This document shows, in pieces, positions 10,370 to 21,900 of a stretch of 64,000 bases of DNA. Numbering within the stretch: position 1 is the first letter of the stretch; each line of letters starts with the position of its first letter. This DNA comes from Camelus dromedarius (Eukaryota), in the NCBI RefSeq assembly GCF_036321535.1, contig NC_087436.1, positions 55,988,001 to 56,052,000 on the forward strand, given 5' to 3'. The translations under genes and the position numbers were made by a program. The notes under the pieces were generated by a model, which was given only the letters and a program-made list of their open reading frames with translations, was not told the origin of the DNA and did no database searches.

Positions 10370-12935
10370 ACGCAGGACTTCGGCTCAAGACCGAACCCGG
10401 CTTAATCAATCGCAAGACCCGAAGTCGTAGAGCGAGTCTAGTCCAGGGGAGTCTGGCTCAGGCTCAGGCTCTGGCAGCGCCGTGGCGAAGCTGGCAGGCA
10501 GCAGGCTGAGCTCCGCCGGACATAGCCAAGTGGCTCGGGGCGCTCCCGCTGCGCTCTCTGAGTCCAGGTCTGGAGCACCGCGGGAGGCAGGCGCGTTCGC
10601 ACTCTCTGAATCCACCTCTTCTCGGGTCTCTCTCGCCTCAGCTTCCGCGGATAAACCAGCAGCCGCTCTCCACCTCCGGCTCTGGGCACGCTGCTCCCGC
10701 CAATCCTTGCTTACATAACGCCGGCGAGCGCGCTCCCGCCGCCTCACCCCCCAGCGGAGTTGGGCTGGGCTCTCCGCGCCTCCTCGACGAGCGCCTCCGC
10801 GCGCCCGTGTGCCCCGCACTAGGAGGTGACCCTCCTTGGCCACCCAGCAGCGGCAGCAGCCGGGACGCCTCTCCGGCCGCTTGAGAACACAGATTGGAGA
10901 CGAAGGCTCTTCACTGTGCACAACTCCCTCCCCTCGCTCCCTCCTCCTCCCGCTGTCTCTTCCTCTCCCTCCGCCCCCCACCCCGCCTCCTTTACCCCCC
11001 CCAACCCCCCCACTCCCGGTGCCTGTGTGTGTTCCGCACAGGCGAGGGGACCAGAAGAGCAGTCCAGGCTCGGCGCACGGCGGAGCTGCGGCTGCTCCTG
11101 CTGCTGGGAGAGCGGCGAGGTGTCCGCCTTGCGCCTCCCCGGACTTCCCAAGTGGGGGCAGAGCAGCCGCTCACGGAGCCGCCAGTTTGAAGGCATAGGG
11201 AAAGAGGAACCTCCAAACTCCTCCTCAGCGTCTCCTCTCCACCCTCGTTTGGCCTCTGCCCTTGGAGAAAGTGGAGTGTCGCGCTCGGTCATCATTATTT
11301 CTTCAGACAGTTTCGCGGTGCACGATTCAACTGCTGCCGGGTGGGGCTTTCCGCTGTTGGCGCGCCTCTGTGTGTAGTTCCCCCCGACACACCTCTGTCG
11401 ACGATGAGGAAAGGTCTGCGGGCGACAGCGGCCCGTTGCGGACTCGGACTTGGGTACGTGCTGCAAATGCTCGTGCTACCTGCCCTGGCCCTGCTCAGCG
11501 CCAGCGGCACCGGCTCGGCGGCTCAAGGTAAGGGGGTCCGCCAAGGTCCGCGGCCACCTCCCTTCGCTTCTTCCTTCCTTCTTGCTTCCTCTCCTCTTCC
11601 CCGGTTCTCCTGGCTTCCTTAGCCCGCCTCGTTTCTCTTAACTGGAAACCACTTTAAATTCTACTTTCCCAACTAGTCGCGAAGCTTTGGTTATTATTAG
11701 TTTAAATCTATCTTCCGAGATGGGCACGGATGGGCCAGAGACGCACGGGGTGTGGACACAAGCCTGCCTCTGGGCATGGGGGCGCCTTGAGTGTCTTTTG
11801 CACTTTCTGCTCCACACGCACACGTTGTTGCATGTTGTGCACACTGAGGTTTGGAGAGACTCTGGGTGCGGGTGGCTGTGTGGCACGCCGTAGATGCACC
11901 CTGATGCGCAGAGGCTCCCCACGCTGTGCCGCCTCTAGGATTGAGGGATCTACGGTGAGTCTCTGAGCACGTCAGATGCCGAAGGTCGCCGAGCTAAGGA
12001 AATGTGTCCATTACAGCCGGGGACCCACAATCGCAGGTGCCCCTCGGCAGCTGCCCGGGGCGCTGTGGAGATGCACCGCGCACCTGGACCCGCGGACCCA
12101 GCCCGCGGCAGGCCCCGGTTGTGCACGCCTCCTCACTCTTAGCCTCTCTGCATCTCCCTCCCAGCAGGGGACGGAGAAACTTAAAACCCCCGGAGCTCTG
12201 AGGAAACGGACTGGTCGTTCAAACCAAATCCGAAACTCCCCGGGGTAATCAGCCACTTTATAACTCTGACATTTTAATTTAATGCGTCTGAGCCTTAAAA
12301 ATAAGTGCTCTGGGCAAAACCGGGAACGGCCGAAGCTTGGCCAGGAGTTGAGGGGAGGAGGGGAGGAGGGGAAGCGTGGGGGCCTGATTGCCTATTAACC
12401 CTCGAGTTTGAGGTGATAGAAGCAGATCCCAGCCTTCTGAGCTCGGGAAGCTGGGTGGAAGGGAGATGGAGAGGAGGGAGCCCTCCTCCCAGGTCTTTCT
12501 CGGGTCATCTGCGTCCCCAACCTTACGGCCAAGCTGAGTGCCCACCTGAGTCTTGCCCATTTCGGTTGGCTCAGGGGAGACAGCTCAGCTTTCCCCTGGA
12601 ATGGGGGTGTTGGGGGGTTTGGTGGGGTGGAGGAAGCTTCTGCAGCGTTTGGAGGAGGTAATCCAGGCATCCCATCATCTCGGTTACACTCTTTACAAAT
12701 TTGGAAGACAGAATAGATGGGGCGATAGCCTCAACTCCCCGGGAGATTCTAAGACACTCGAGGTTACCGACTGCATTCCGTCTGATGAGCGAAGGCGCTG
12801 GGGGCGAGGGCGTTGTAGGTGGAGGGGAGCGCTGAGCGTAGGCTAGTGTGGTCCGGGTGGGGAGGTAAGTGATTAGCGAGGCTTTGTGAATTAGCCATAG
12901 CTACTTTGGGAGTAAATTTTCCTGCTGCCTCGCTA
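10370..12935. promoter_or_regulatory. CpG island: UNC5C promoter, 5' UTR and start of intron 1
   Basis: Abrupt switch to GC-rich, CpG-dense sequence in a CpG-depleted background. CCAAT at 10700-10704, GC-box-like CCGCCC/CCGCCT at ~10971-10989, no obvious TATA box. The exact TSS cannot be read from sequence. Confidence 0.93.
11404..11527 (+). CDS. UNC5C: UNC5C (netrin receptor UNC5C) coding exon 1: signal-peptide region, 41 codons + 1 nt (phase 1)
   Basis: Translates MRKGLRATAARCGLGLGYVLQMLVLPALALLSASGTGSAAQ, which matches the recalled human UNC5C N-terminus except L19V. Start context acgATGa. Donor CAAG|GTAAGG at 11527/11528; the final G fits the expected next residue Asp. Confidence 0.97.
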
Positions 12936-14468
12936 AGTAGCCACGCTCATAAATCCTTCCTCCCTTCTTGCCAGATGCCTCCCATCCCCGAGGTTCTGCC
13001 CTGTTTTTCTTATTCATATTTCCAGAGCTCATCTGCCTGTCCATTTTACAAAGGAGTCTTCATTGAGAATTATAAACTTCTTGTACGTTTCTTGAAATTG
13101 GAAGAAATTCTCAGGGCGGCAGCTGAGGGTGCTTAAAGGGGATGTTTGGAAGTTTAAGTGAGCAACCTGATGAATAGTTGTGGAATCAACCGCGTGACTC
13201 CCTGTGGAATTCGCCTGCCTGCTGTTATTGGGCGCACAAAGGACTAAACTATACGGTAGGGGTGGGTATGGGAGGGAGAACAGGCGGTGAGAGAACTGTT
13301 TGGGAAAAGGACAAGTTAAAGTCCCCAAAGATGCCAAACTGGAGATACAGGATCCCTGCTGAGAGCTTACTACAGCCAAATTAAAAAGACTGGGTAGGAA
13401 AAAAGATCAATAAAGATAATCAAACAGGAGATTGTAAGTGGATTAATATTGAAAGAAAAAGGGAGAAGAGATTAAAAGAAAAGACGCTCATGATAGACTG
13501 AGTGTTTGCCACTTACACTTTTTTTTCATTTTATAGATCAGGCAAGCCAAAGACTGAGGATTGAACCTATTCTTCTGATCTTAAGTGGAAAAATAAAATG
13601 TATTCTTCTGGGTGTGTGCACCTCAGTGCTGTTCTGCTCCACTTAGTTTATTTAGTTCTTTAAGTTCCTGGTGAACAAACTATTTATGTTTGAATTTTGT
13701 GGTCTTTGAGAGACACTGTTCCACCACTTCTATCTTTGTTTTCCTCCATGTTCAGGATACCAGCTATTCCTGTCTTGTCTGTTAGGTATCATAAACGTGG
13801 GAAGCACCAAACTCTGCTTTCAGCTACCATCACCATCACTCTAATTCATTCTAATCCAGCCTGTTTGCTATTGAACCACTCATTCTTAGACTCACACTCG
13901 TATATAATGAATGGTCCAATAGTCAGACCTCCCTTTCCTTCTCATTTCTTCTCTTTTTCCCTCTCTCTTTGGACTAGATCACTAGAGAAATAAAAGACAC
14001 TGTTGCTCCCTCAAGGTATGATTTCCTTGTGCTGAGGACTTAAAATGGGAATAAAGTATGTTTTTTAATGGATGGAAGAGTGTATGCAATTAAGATGAGA
14101 AAGTTAATTTAAGCACTTTACAATGAGGATAAGGTTTTTATTCTGTTGTTAGAGAAATACTAGGGGAAAAAAAGGAAGTTTCAGGAAATATGTGCCTCTT
14201 CAGAGATAGCCAAGAAAATAACAGATGCTTAAGATAAAAAGGCAGAATGAGTGTTATTTGTGAGTGTACTTCATTTTGTGACTGTGGTTTGAAGAAAGAC
14301 AGCAGTCATTTTGAACAGATCTTTGGGAGATTCTCTAGGCTTTAGGCAACTTTTTCCTTTCTGGCTATGCCCTAATTGTTTCTTCCAGGATTGCTGGAAA
14401 CTCCTAGCTCTAGGGAATTTGTTGTGTTTCTGACTTTCAAGAATGAAAGATTTTACTAGGAAAAGGCA

Positions 14469-14524
14469 GTGTGTGTGTGTGCGCGCGCGCATGTGCGTGT
14501 GCATTTGTGTGTGTGTGTGTGTGT
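14469..14524. repeat. Compound (GT)n(GC)n(GT)n microsatellite
   Basis: gtgtgtgtgtgt gcgcgcgcgc atgtgcgtgtgc att (tg)n read directly. Confidence 0.95.
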
Positions 14525-15516
14525 TTGACCTGTTTGCCTCAGAATTAGTGGCCTCCTGTTTTATAAATGCACTTTATTTGTGGATTGCCCCGCATTGATA
14601 TCCTGCTTATCTAGCACCAACTAGTGTTACGAGTGTTAACACCACCAAACTCAGAACGGAAAATTTCTGAAGACACTAATTATATTGGAATAATTCTTTT
14701 AGGTATCAAAAATGTGGAAAGCACTAAACTTGATACAAAATAACTTGTAATATTTTAAAAACAATATAATTCTGAGAGAAGACTAAAAATTACTTTCATG
14801 CATTTATGCATATTGGTGTGGTACAAACAGTTGGTATGAAAGATAACTGAATTTCTTTATAAGTATACCGTATATTTTTTTCTATTTTAGGAGCAGAGTA
14901 AATTCATAAATTCACTTTTGGAATTTGCAATAAGGAAAAGTAGGCTAGTTTACCTTTGTTTCGAGCAATAGTTTCATGTATTCTAGCTTAGCGAATACTT
15001 AAAATGCTTCCAAGTACTTATAAAGAATGAGGAACCATTAAATTGTTAATATTTATGGACTCTCTGGCCTTTTGTGTTCTGGATACTGGGGATTCTAAGT
15101 TCAGCAAGACAGGGTCCTAGAGCGTCTCCCATTGTAATCTGGGAACTGGTTATCCTGATAAGAATTCATACTAAGCCTTTTTAAGCAACCCCCCTAAGGA
15201 GATGAAGGAGGCATGAGCTCTCCTAGGTGAACTTTCTTAGCTTATTTAGAATTATTGTTGAGACTTAAAAATAGCTGTTCTCTAATGTATGCTAGGTTCT
15301 CCAATTAATGCAAACAGCCAGAGTGCCTTAACTGCATTTAGCACTTTTCTGATTTAGGTCATGGCTTTGCTGGAGCAGCAGAGGGAGTCACTCTCAGAAG
15401 CATTAAAATTACAGGCTGCATCCACTTCAGGAAGATAATGGGGAAGCATGTGGGGTTGGGGATAGAGCCAGTGCTCTTGCCTTGCTCTTTTAGCTTCCTT
15501 CCTTTTTAGTTTGACT

Positions 15517-15544
15517 TTTGTTTGTTTGTTTGTTTGTTTGTTTG
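15517..15544. repeat. (TTTG)7 microsatellite
   Basis: Read directly. Confidence 0.9.
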
Positions 15545-16063
15545 TGTCAGTTAAGAAGAAACCTGTTCACATCCCCACAAATTAGAAACCTGTTAGCTCA
15601 TTTAGATAGTGTATGGTATTATAAGCAAAGTTCTGAACAATTATTGGGCACTTATTATGTCCCCCACTGTGTGCTTATGGATATAGAGTAGACAGCTTCA
15701 TCTCTCAAGGAAGACAGATTTAGAAGCATAGAATTATAATTTACTTTCTGAAATATGTAACAGTGGACATAGGTATAGTACCTTCTGGATTTAAGCATTC
15801 AAATGTAGTAAACATAGGACAGGCTTGGTTCCATGTGTGAGTGGTGGCAGGGGGTCCCATGATGTCTGCACAGAGAACCTTAAGGGTGGCAGTTTGGTTA
15901 GAAGTGGGATCTTCTTAAAGCTAAGTTTGCATTGCAAATGTCTTAGATCTTACTTATATTTAATCTATAATTGGTCTGGCTTTGGGGAGGTACAAGTTAG
16001 AGGCTGTTAGTAGTGTGTACCCATTTTGCCTGTTAGTCTAATGGTTACCACTGCCTCTTAATG

Positions 16064-16215
16064 CTGCCTCTACCACCTCCTAGCTGTGTGGCCATGGGTG
16101 CAATATTTAGCATCTCTGTGCCTCAGTTTCCTCAGATGTAAAATGAGGTTAAGATGTACTCTAAGAAGTCATATTAGGACTGAATGAATGAATACATCTA
16201 AAGTATTTAGAGCAA
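16064..16215 (+). mobile_element. MIR SINE
   Basis: tagctgtgtggccatggg...tctctgtgcctcagtttcctcagatgtaaaatgagg. Confidence 0.85.
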
Positions 16216-18939
16216 TATTATTTGGCTTCCAACACTAAACCACTGGCAAAGAAATCTAAAAGTTGAAGAAATTAAAGGTCAGTAATTGTAAACTCAGCAT
16301 GGGGATTGCTGCAGACACTGCTTCCCCAAAAGCAACAAATGGAGCTGTCTGAGGAAATGCTCCAAAGTGTACCACTGCGGACTCCTAGACAGGGCGTGGT
16401 TCTTTGAACAGCCTGTGGGAAGCTCTCTCTCTTCATAGCCACATTTCTTCCTTTCTGCACTCTCTGGAAAAATTAACCTAGTAGCAGTCCAAAAATGCCA
16501 TGTTAAGTTACAGCCTGTTAAGTCCTGGCTACAAGTGCTACTCTTGACTTTCTATCTTTATGATGCATATTGAAAGATAACTCCATAAGCACTTTTATGA
16601 AAAAAAAAAAACAACTTGTCAAATTCCAGGTTTTCAGATAATAGTTTTGAGAAAACCAAGCCTTTATGCAAATATCAATAGTTTTTCTTTTAAAAAAATG
16701 GACACAAGTGTATGTCTCAAGAACATAATTGAATACATGATAAAACAACACAAGAAAAATATAGAAACATAGGTTAACTTGAAGGCAAAGCAAATTCACC
16801 AGGACCTTCATACATTTGAATTATATTTGCAGTAGAAAGTTTTTGTATCATAATTTAGAACAACATGGATAATCTAGATAATCTATATTTTTAACATTTC
16901 ATATTTAATTACTTCTGCTTGTTTAATGGTTATTGCTATTTTTCATGTTTGGTGCAAATGTGGGGTTTTTTTGGCAAATTTTTAAGAAAAGTAGAGATTT
17001 GTCGGGATTTTTATGTTATTTAGAATTGATAGTCATTCTCTTATAGTATTTTCATTCTGATTTTAATTTTTGATTGTCTGGTCTGCACTTAACAGAGCCC
17101 CAAATTTTTCACTCTTTTTTTAACCTAACTTCTTAAATCTATGTATGGGATCTTCTTTGATTTCATATTTTATTTGGCTTTGCTATTGCTTATGTATTTG
17201 TGGAAGAGGGCTCCATGGATCTGAAACCCGAGGGATTGTCCCAGTATCACTTAGTTCAAGGACTTTAAACAAGAACAGAAACTCACAGAAACTCAGTGCT
17301 ACTTTTTATGTGACTTTTTAAGGTACAGTAAGTTTGCCTTGAGCAATATTAAAATACTCCTGTCTCCTTTTATTCTAATTCTTAAAAAGAAATCCAATAA
17401 TTGAATAGGTTATAGTTTCTCCTATTTTAAATATTTGTCTTTAAATTTATGGATATTTTAATAAAAAAAATTTATAGTAGTAATTTTATGAGCTAAGAAG
17501 ATCAGAAATAGTAAACTTTATTATCTTCTCTACCTGATTAGAACTCTCAGAAGAATTTCTGCCTTTACATGAAAACTAAAAACACATATTATGTTGCAAA
17601 TATTTGAACTCTTTGTAAACAAAATGTTATAAATTATTGTTATAATTTTACAATTATAGTTTGGAGTTAAAGTTGTAATGTGATTTCTCATTTTGAGTAT
17701 TCCTGCCCTCTAAAAGTTGCTCCCTTAGGATTATATAAAGAGGTTTTAATAGACAGAAGAATGTGTCCAGGTTTTATAGGTACTTAAAACATATCTAGCT
17801 TTCTACATGGAGTTCATAGTAGTAACATTACTGTGACACTAATTAAATTGAAGTTATAATTTGGAAAGTGAGCTGTATCTTTGAAAGTGCCAGATATGCA
17901 GATATTTGTCCTTATGTCAGTGTACCTTTTATTAGCAATGAGCAGTGATTCAGAAGTGCTTTGTGTGGCAAAAGTGTAAGCCTAACATCTGAAAACGCCA
18001 GTGTTTGGGGGATACCCTCTTCTAGTTAAATAACTAACCATGTGTCATTGCCAGCGGGCAGTGGAATGTGAGGGGGAGACAGGTGAGACTTCATTATATT
18101 GATGTGCCTGTTACAGTTCTTACTTTAAATGTGAGGGCACCAAATAATTGTATTAACAGATGATATTGATTAATCACATTTAACTCCAGAGTTACCAGTC
18201 TTATTGTAAAATGTTGTGAGAATAGGGGTTTTACCTTCATTAATCATTGTCATTTGGGTCTTGTGGCTAGATTCATTTCTCAGCAATTATGAGAGCCATA
18301 AAAATGCCTCATGTAGATGAACGTGTATTATCTGCTCTTCTTAACTAAGGATGTTCAACAACAGAAACTCCCTCAGCACATTTAACAAGTTTATTGATGA
18401 ATGCTAACATTTCTCAGTTTTAGTCGATGTCTTAATTGATTATTTAATCATGGACTGACTGAACACAACCATAATTTATTCCCGTCTTATTTTTCCTGTT
18501 CAGAATAAAAGCCTTATATATGAACATTAATTTCCAATAAAAATACATTAGTGCTTGCATATTAAAATGCATCTGTAGCCCAGTTACAAGGGTAAATATG
18601 TCTGTGAGTGGAAATGCAGGTGTTTTTCAAAATTCAAGAAAATTAGAGTGCATAACAATATAAAAGAGCAGTGTAGAAGTAAAGTATACCATTTGTATAG
18701 AAAAGTAATTATTTTAAAGTAATTCATAGTATACATTCTCTTAGACAATAGAAGTTTAAAGCAACATGATAGGGCATGTGGTGTAATAATATCCACTTAC
18801 AGGCATAGTGAAATACATTCATGTATAAGATGAAAGGGAAGGGGAGCAGTTGGGGACCATTCTGTTCTCTGTGAATTTGCAAGTTTATTTCTTGTATTCA
18901 AACTGAATATATTAGATCATTCTAATATCTTCAAGAACT

Positions 18940-18966
18940 AAAAAAAAAAAAAAAAAAAAAAAAAAA
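18940..18966 (+). repeat. Poly(A) tract, 27 nt
   Basis: Read directly. Confidence 0.95.
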
Positions 18967-21900
18967 CCAAAACTGTCAAGAACTAGATCAAAGAGTACTC
19001 TTTAACAAATGATATTCTCTAACTTTTACTGGAACTGAAAATGACAGTCAGTGAAAAAGCATTGTTGTTTTATTATAGGTGATTGTCAGAGACCTGTGTT
19101 GTCTCTAATCCAAACCAAACTAATAACCAGATTACTACCACAACAAAAACTTTGTGATTGGGAAGACATGGTAAATAATGGTAATTTCACTTTGAGCAGT
19201 ATGTCTGTGTGAAATATGTTGACATTTGAATCTAGCTTTTGATAAGAGAAAAGGATATATTTTATCTTCCATTGAATAAAGAGCTTGCCAAATATATACA
19301 TTGTAGCACACAGTGGAAGTAGGCAAGTTTGGCAAGCAGCAATCTTGAAGTCATTCTAAATAAAACAGTAATTAGGTTACCTGTCATTTTCTTTAGTAAC
19401 TTGCCTTCTTCCTTCTGGATCTCCATGAGATGATGAAAGAGTAGAAACCTTAAAATGTGTTAGGGATCAAATTCAAGGACTGAAAGAGCCTAAGACATTT
19501 CCCTCCCAGCCGACTACAGCCATCACTAACAGAGCAGGCAGCTTGGTGGAAAACAGAAGCCCATTTCAGTAACTGCTCTCAGAAGCTGAGGAAAAACAGA
19601 CATGTTCAAATGATTTATTGTTTGTGCTATCCATAATAGAGACCTAAGATCAGTATTTCATCATAATATTATTCAACAGGCACTCCGACTTGAAACCTTT
19701 ATATAAATAGAGTCTTGATATGTACCTATTTCAGTTAACATAAGAAAAGATTTGGAAAGTATTTAAAAGGTGTATTTTTGAAAGAAGTTACAGTTGGAGT
19801 TTACTTGGAACTGTTTGAACAGGATGTATTTGTTTGGGAAATCTAGATTTAAACCAGTGGTGCACTGATACATAGATTTCTTCAATGGTCTTCATAAAAT
19901 GCATTGCCATTTCCTCAGATACTCAAACATTGTCATTAATAACAATATCAACATTGTGTGTTAAATCTCACCTGGACATCAGAAATTGAATAGTATTCTT
20001 AGCATTATTTGGAGTTCTTAGGGACAACTGTACCAGGAAAGAATTTGCTTAAGTGGAGTTTATGTTTAATATAATCACAGTAATTAAAAAAAATGTTGCC
20101 AGTATCTTTCTCTTATATTGTGATCAAAATATATATATATATATTTGTTTATATTTAAATGTGCATTTATTTGTTTATTTAAAGGGACCACAGTGCAGAA
20201 AGTTTGAGTTTACTTACTATAACCCGATGAAAAAAATATAGGATGGCTAGAAAAAATTTTAACAATATGTATGTTTTCCCAGTAGGGATGAGGTAATCAG
20301 TTTATTGGATTTATTAGAGATGATGATCGCATGAAAATACACGTTTCTTTTTATTGAATTAGGTAACTATGGAATTATTTCCTAGGAAGGTATTTCCAGG
20401 CAGACTCTTAATGCAATGAAGAGTTACAAGGAGTAGACAAATATATAGCTCAATAATTCCGTATGAGCATATATATATATATATATATATACACATACAT
20501 TTGCACAAATTGTATGTGTGTGTAACGTTTTTGTTCTAGGAGAGTTCACTGTCGAACAGCCTTGGCAACATCCTTGAAAAGTAAACAGAACCTATCAAAC
20601 AAATGAAAACAAACTTTTTTTTACTAAAAAATTCATGATATAGTCATTTAATAAGGAATCAGATTTAATCACTGGTTTCTAATTGAAAAATTATATTCTT
20701 TTCTGCAAAAGCGCCTTGTTGTCTATCAGTAGCTAAGTTGTTCACAGTAGTGCACAGTAGAGGTGCCTCTGCCTCATTCATGCAGTGGCTTAAGTGATAG
20801 AGACAATTTTCCCCTGTCCTCCAATGACAAAGACTAGGGGATCTCCACGTTCACAGAACTTCCATATTTTCCCACACAGTAGACTATAATTTTTGACCAA
20901 AAGAGAAGGTCAGCTTTCCTGCGTGCACAAGTAAACGTCTTCATTCACACATGGGATCCCCTCTTCAGGAGAGACAGCGTTTCCCTGGTGAGCACCCTGC
21001 CTGCAGTGACCTTTTCTGATTGGACTGATTGAAAGTGAGGTCAGGTGTGTTGTTTTCCCCTGAATTCAGTGGTAATTTGTTTCAAATTCTTAGTAAAATG
21101 GAGTTGTTTCCAGGCTGCAGAATATTTGATTTTCCTAGACTTCCTCAGATGCCATACAGGTGACTTTATTTCCAGATTTCTCCATTACATCCATTGATAC
21201 TTTTATTTAAATGAACAAAGATAAAGTTAATTGGGGGAGGGGAGGCTGTTACTAAATGAAAATATAAAAAATTTGATTCCACATAGAGGGATAATATACT
21301 TTCTTGCTTATTTTAAATATTGTATTAAATGCAGATTAATATATATTTATATGATATATCAGTAGATTAATTATTGCTGTATGTTTCCACATCACTTGGC
21401 ATTTCTGAACTAAGATTTTAAAAGATGCAAATAAAACATGCAAGTTAAAAAAACTGGAAATTGTTTCCTATGTTCTCTATCTTACGTGTCATATTTTCAT
21501 GGATGATATGGGTTTTCATAAGAAAATATGTAGTACTCTGTTAAGAACAACAAAGTAATAGTAATGCCCCACAAAGTTTTGTGATTACAAGTCTAAATGT
21601 TAATGAGAGAGGTTGCCTGTTTAATGCTGAATTGCAAGGTTAAAAAGAGGGTCTTAAAGATAACAGTGGATTCCACAGTCCTTGAGTTTGCTTTGCATTC
21701 AGTGACAGTCACTAAATTAGGGAAAGGAATGTTCAAACAACACACTTGAGGAAAAGTGATTTTTATAGAAAGGGGCCATTTCTGCTAATAGCCAGTAACT
21801 GCACGTAACCCTGCTGACATTAAAAGTCCATTAGCTAAGCCCAGTTTAAATAGCAGCTGATGCAGTGTCAGCTAAATGTACATTGGAATTTTTTCATATA

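Noticed and set aside
10570..10660. REST/RE1-like half-sites (AGCACCGCGG; TCAGCTTCCGCGGATA)
   Set aside because: The right half GGACAG is missing or the spacing is wrong.
11528..11622. Read-through of the exon 1 ORF (GKGVRQGP...) as a short secreted peptide
   Set aside because: It runs through a canonical donor into intron sequence, and nothing supports retention.
10406..12846. Many long overlapping ORFs (up to 215 aa) on both strands
   Set aside because: Expected in stop-poor CpG-island DNA; the products are low-complexity R/G/P/A-rich and mostly lack a true ATG. Only 11404-11527 matches a known protein.
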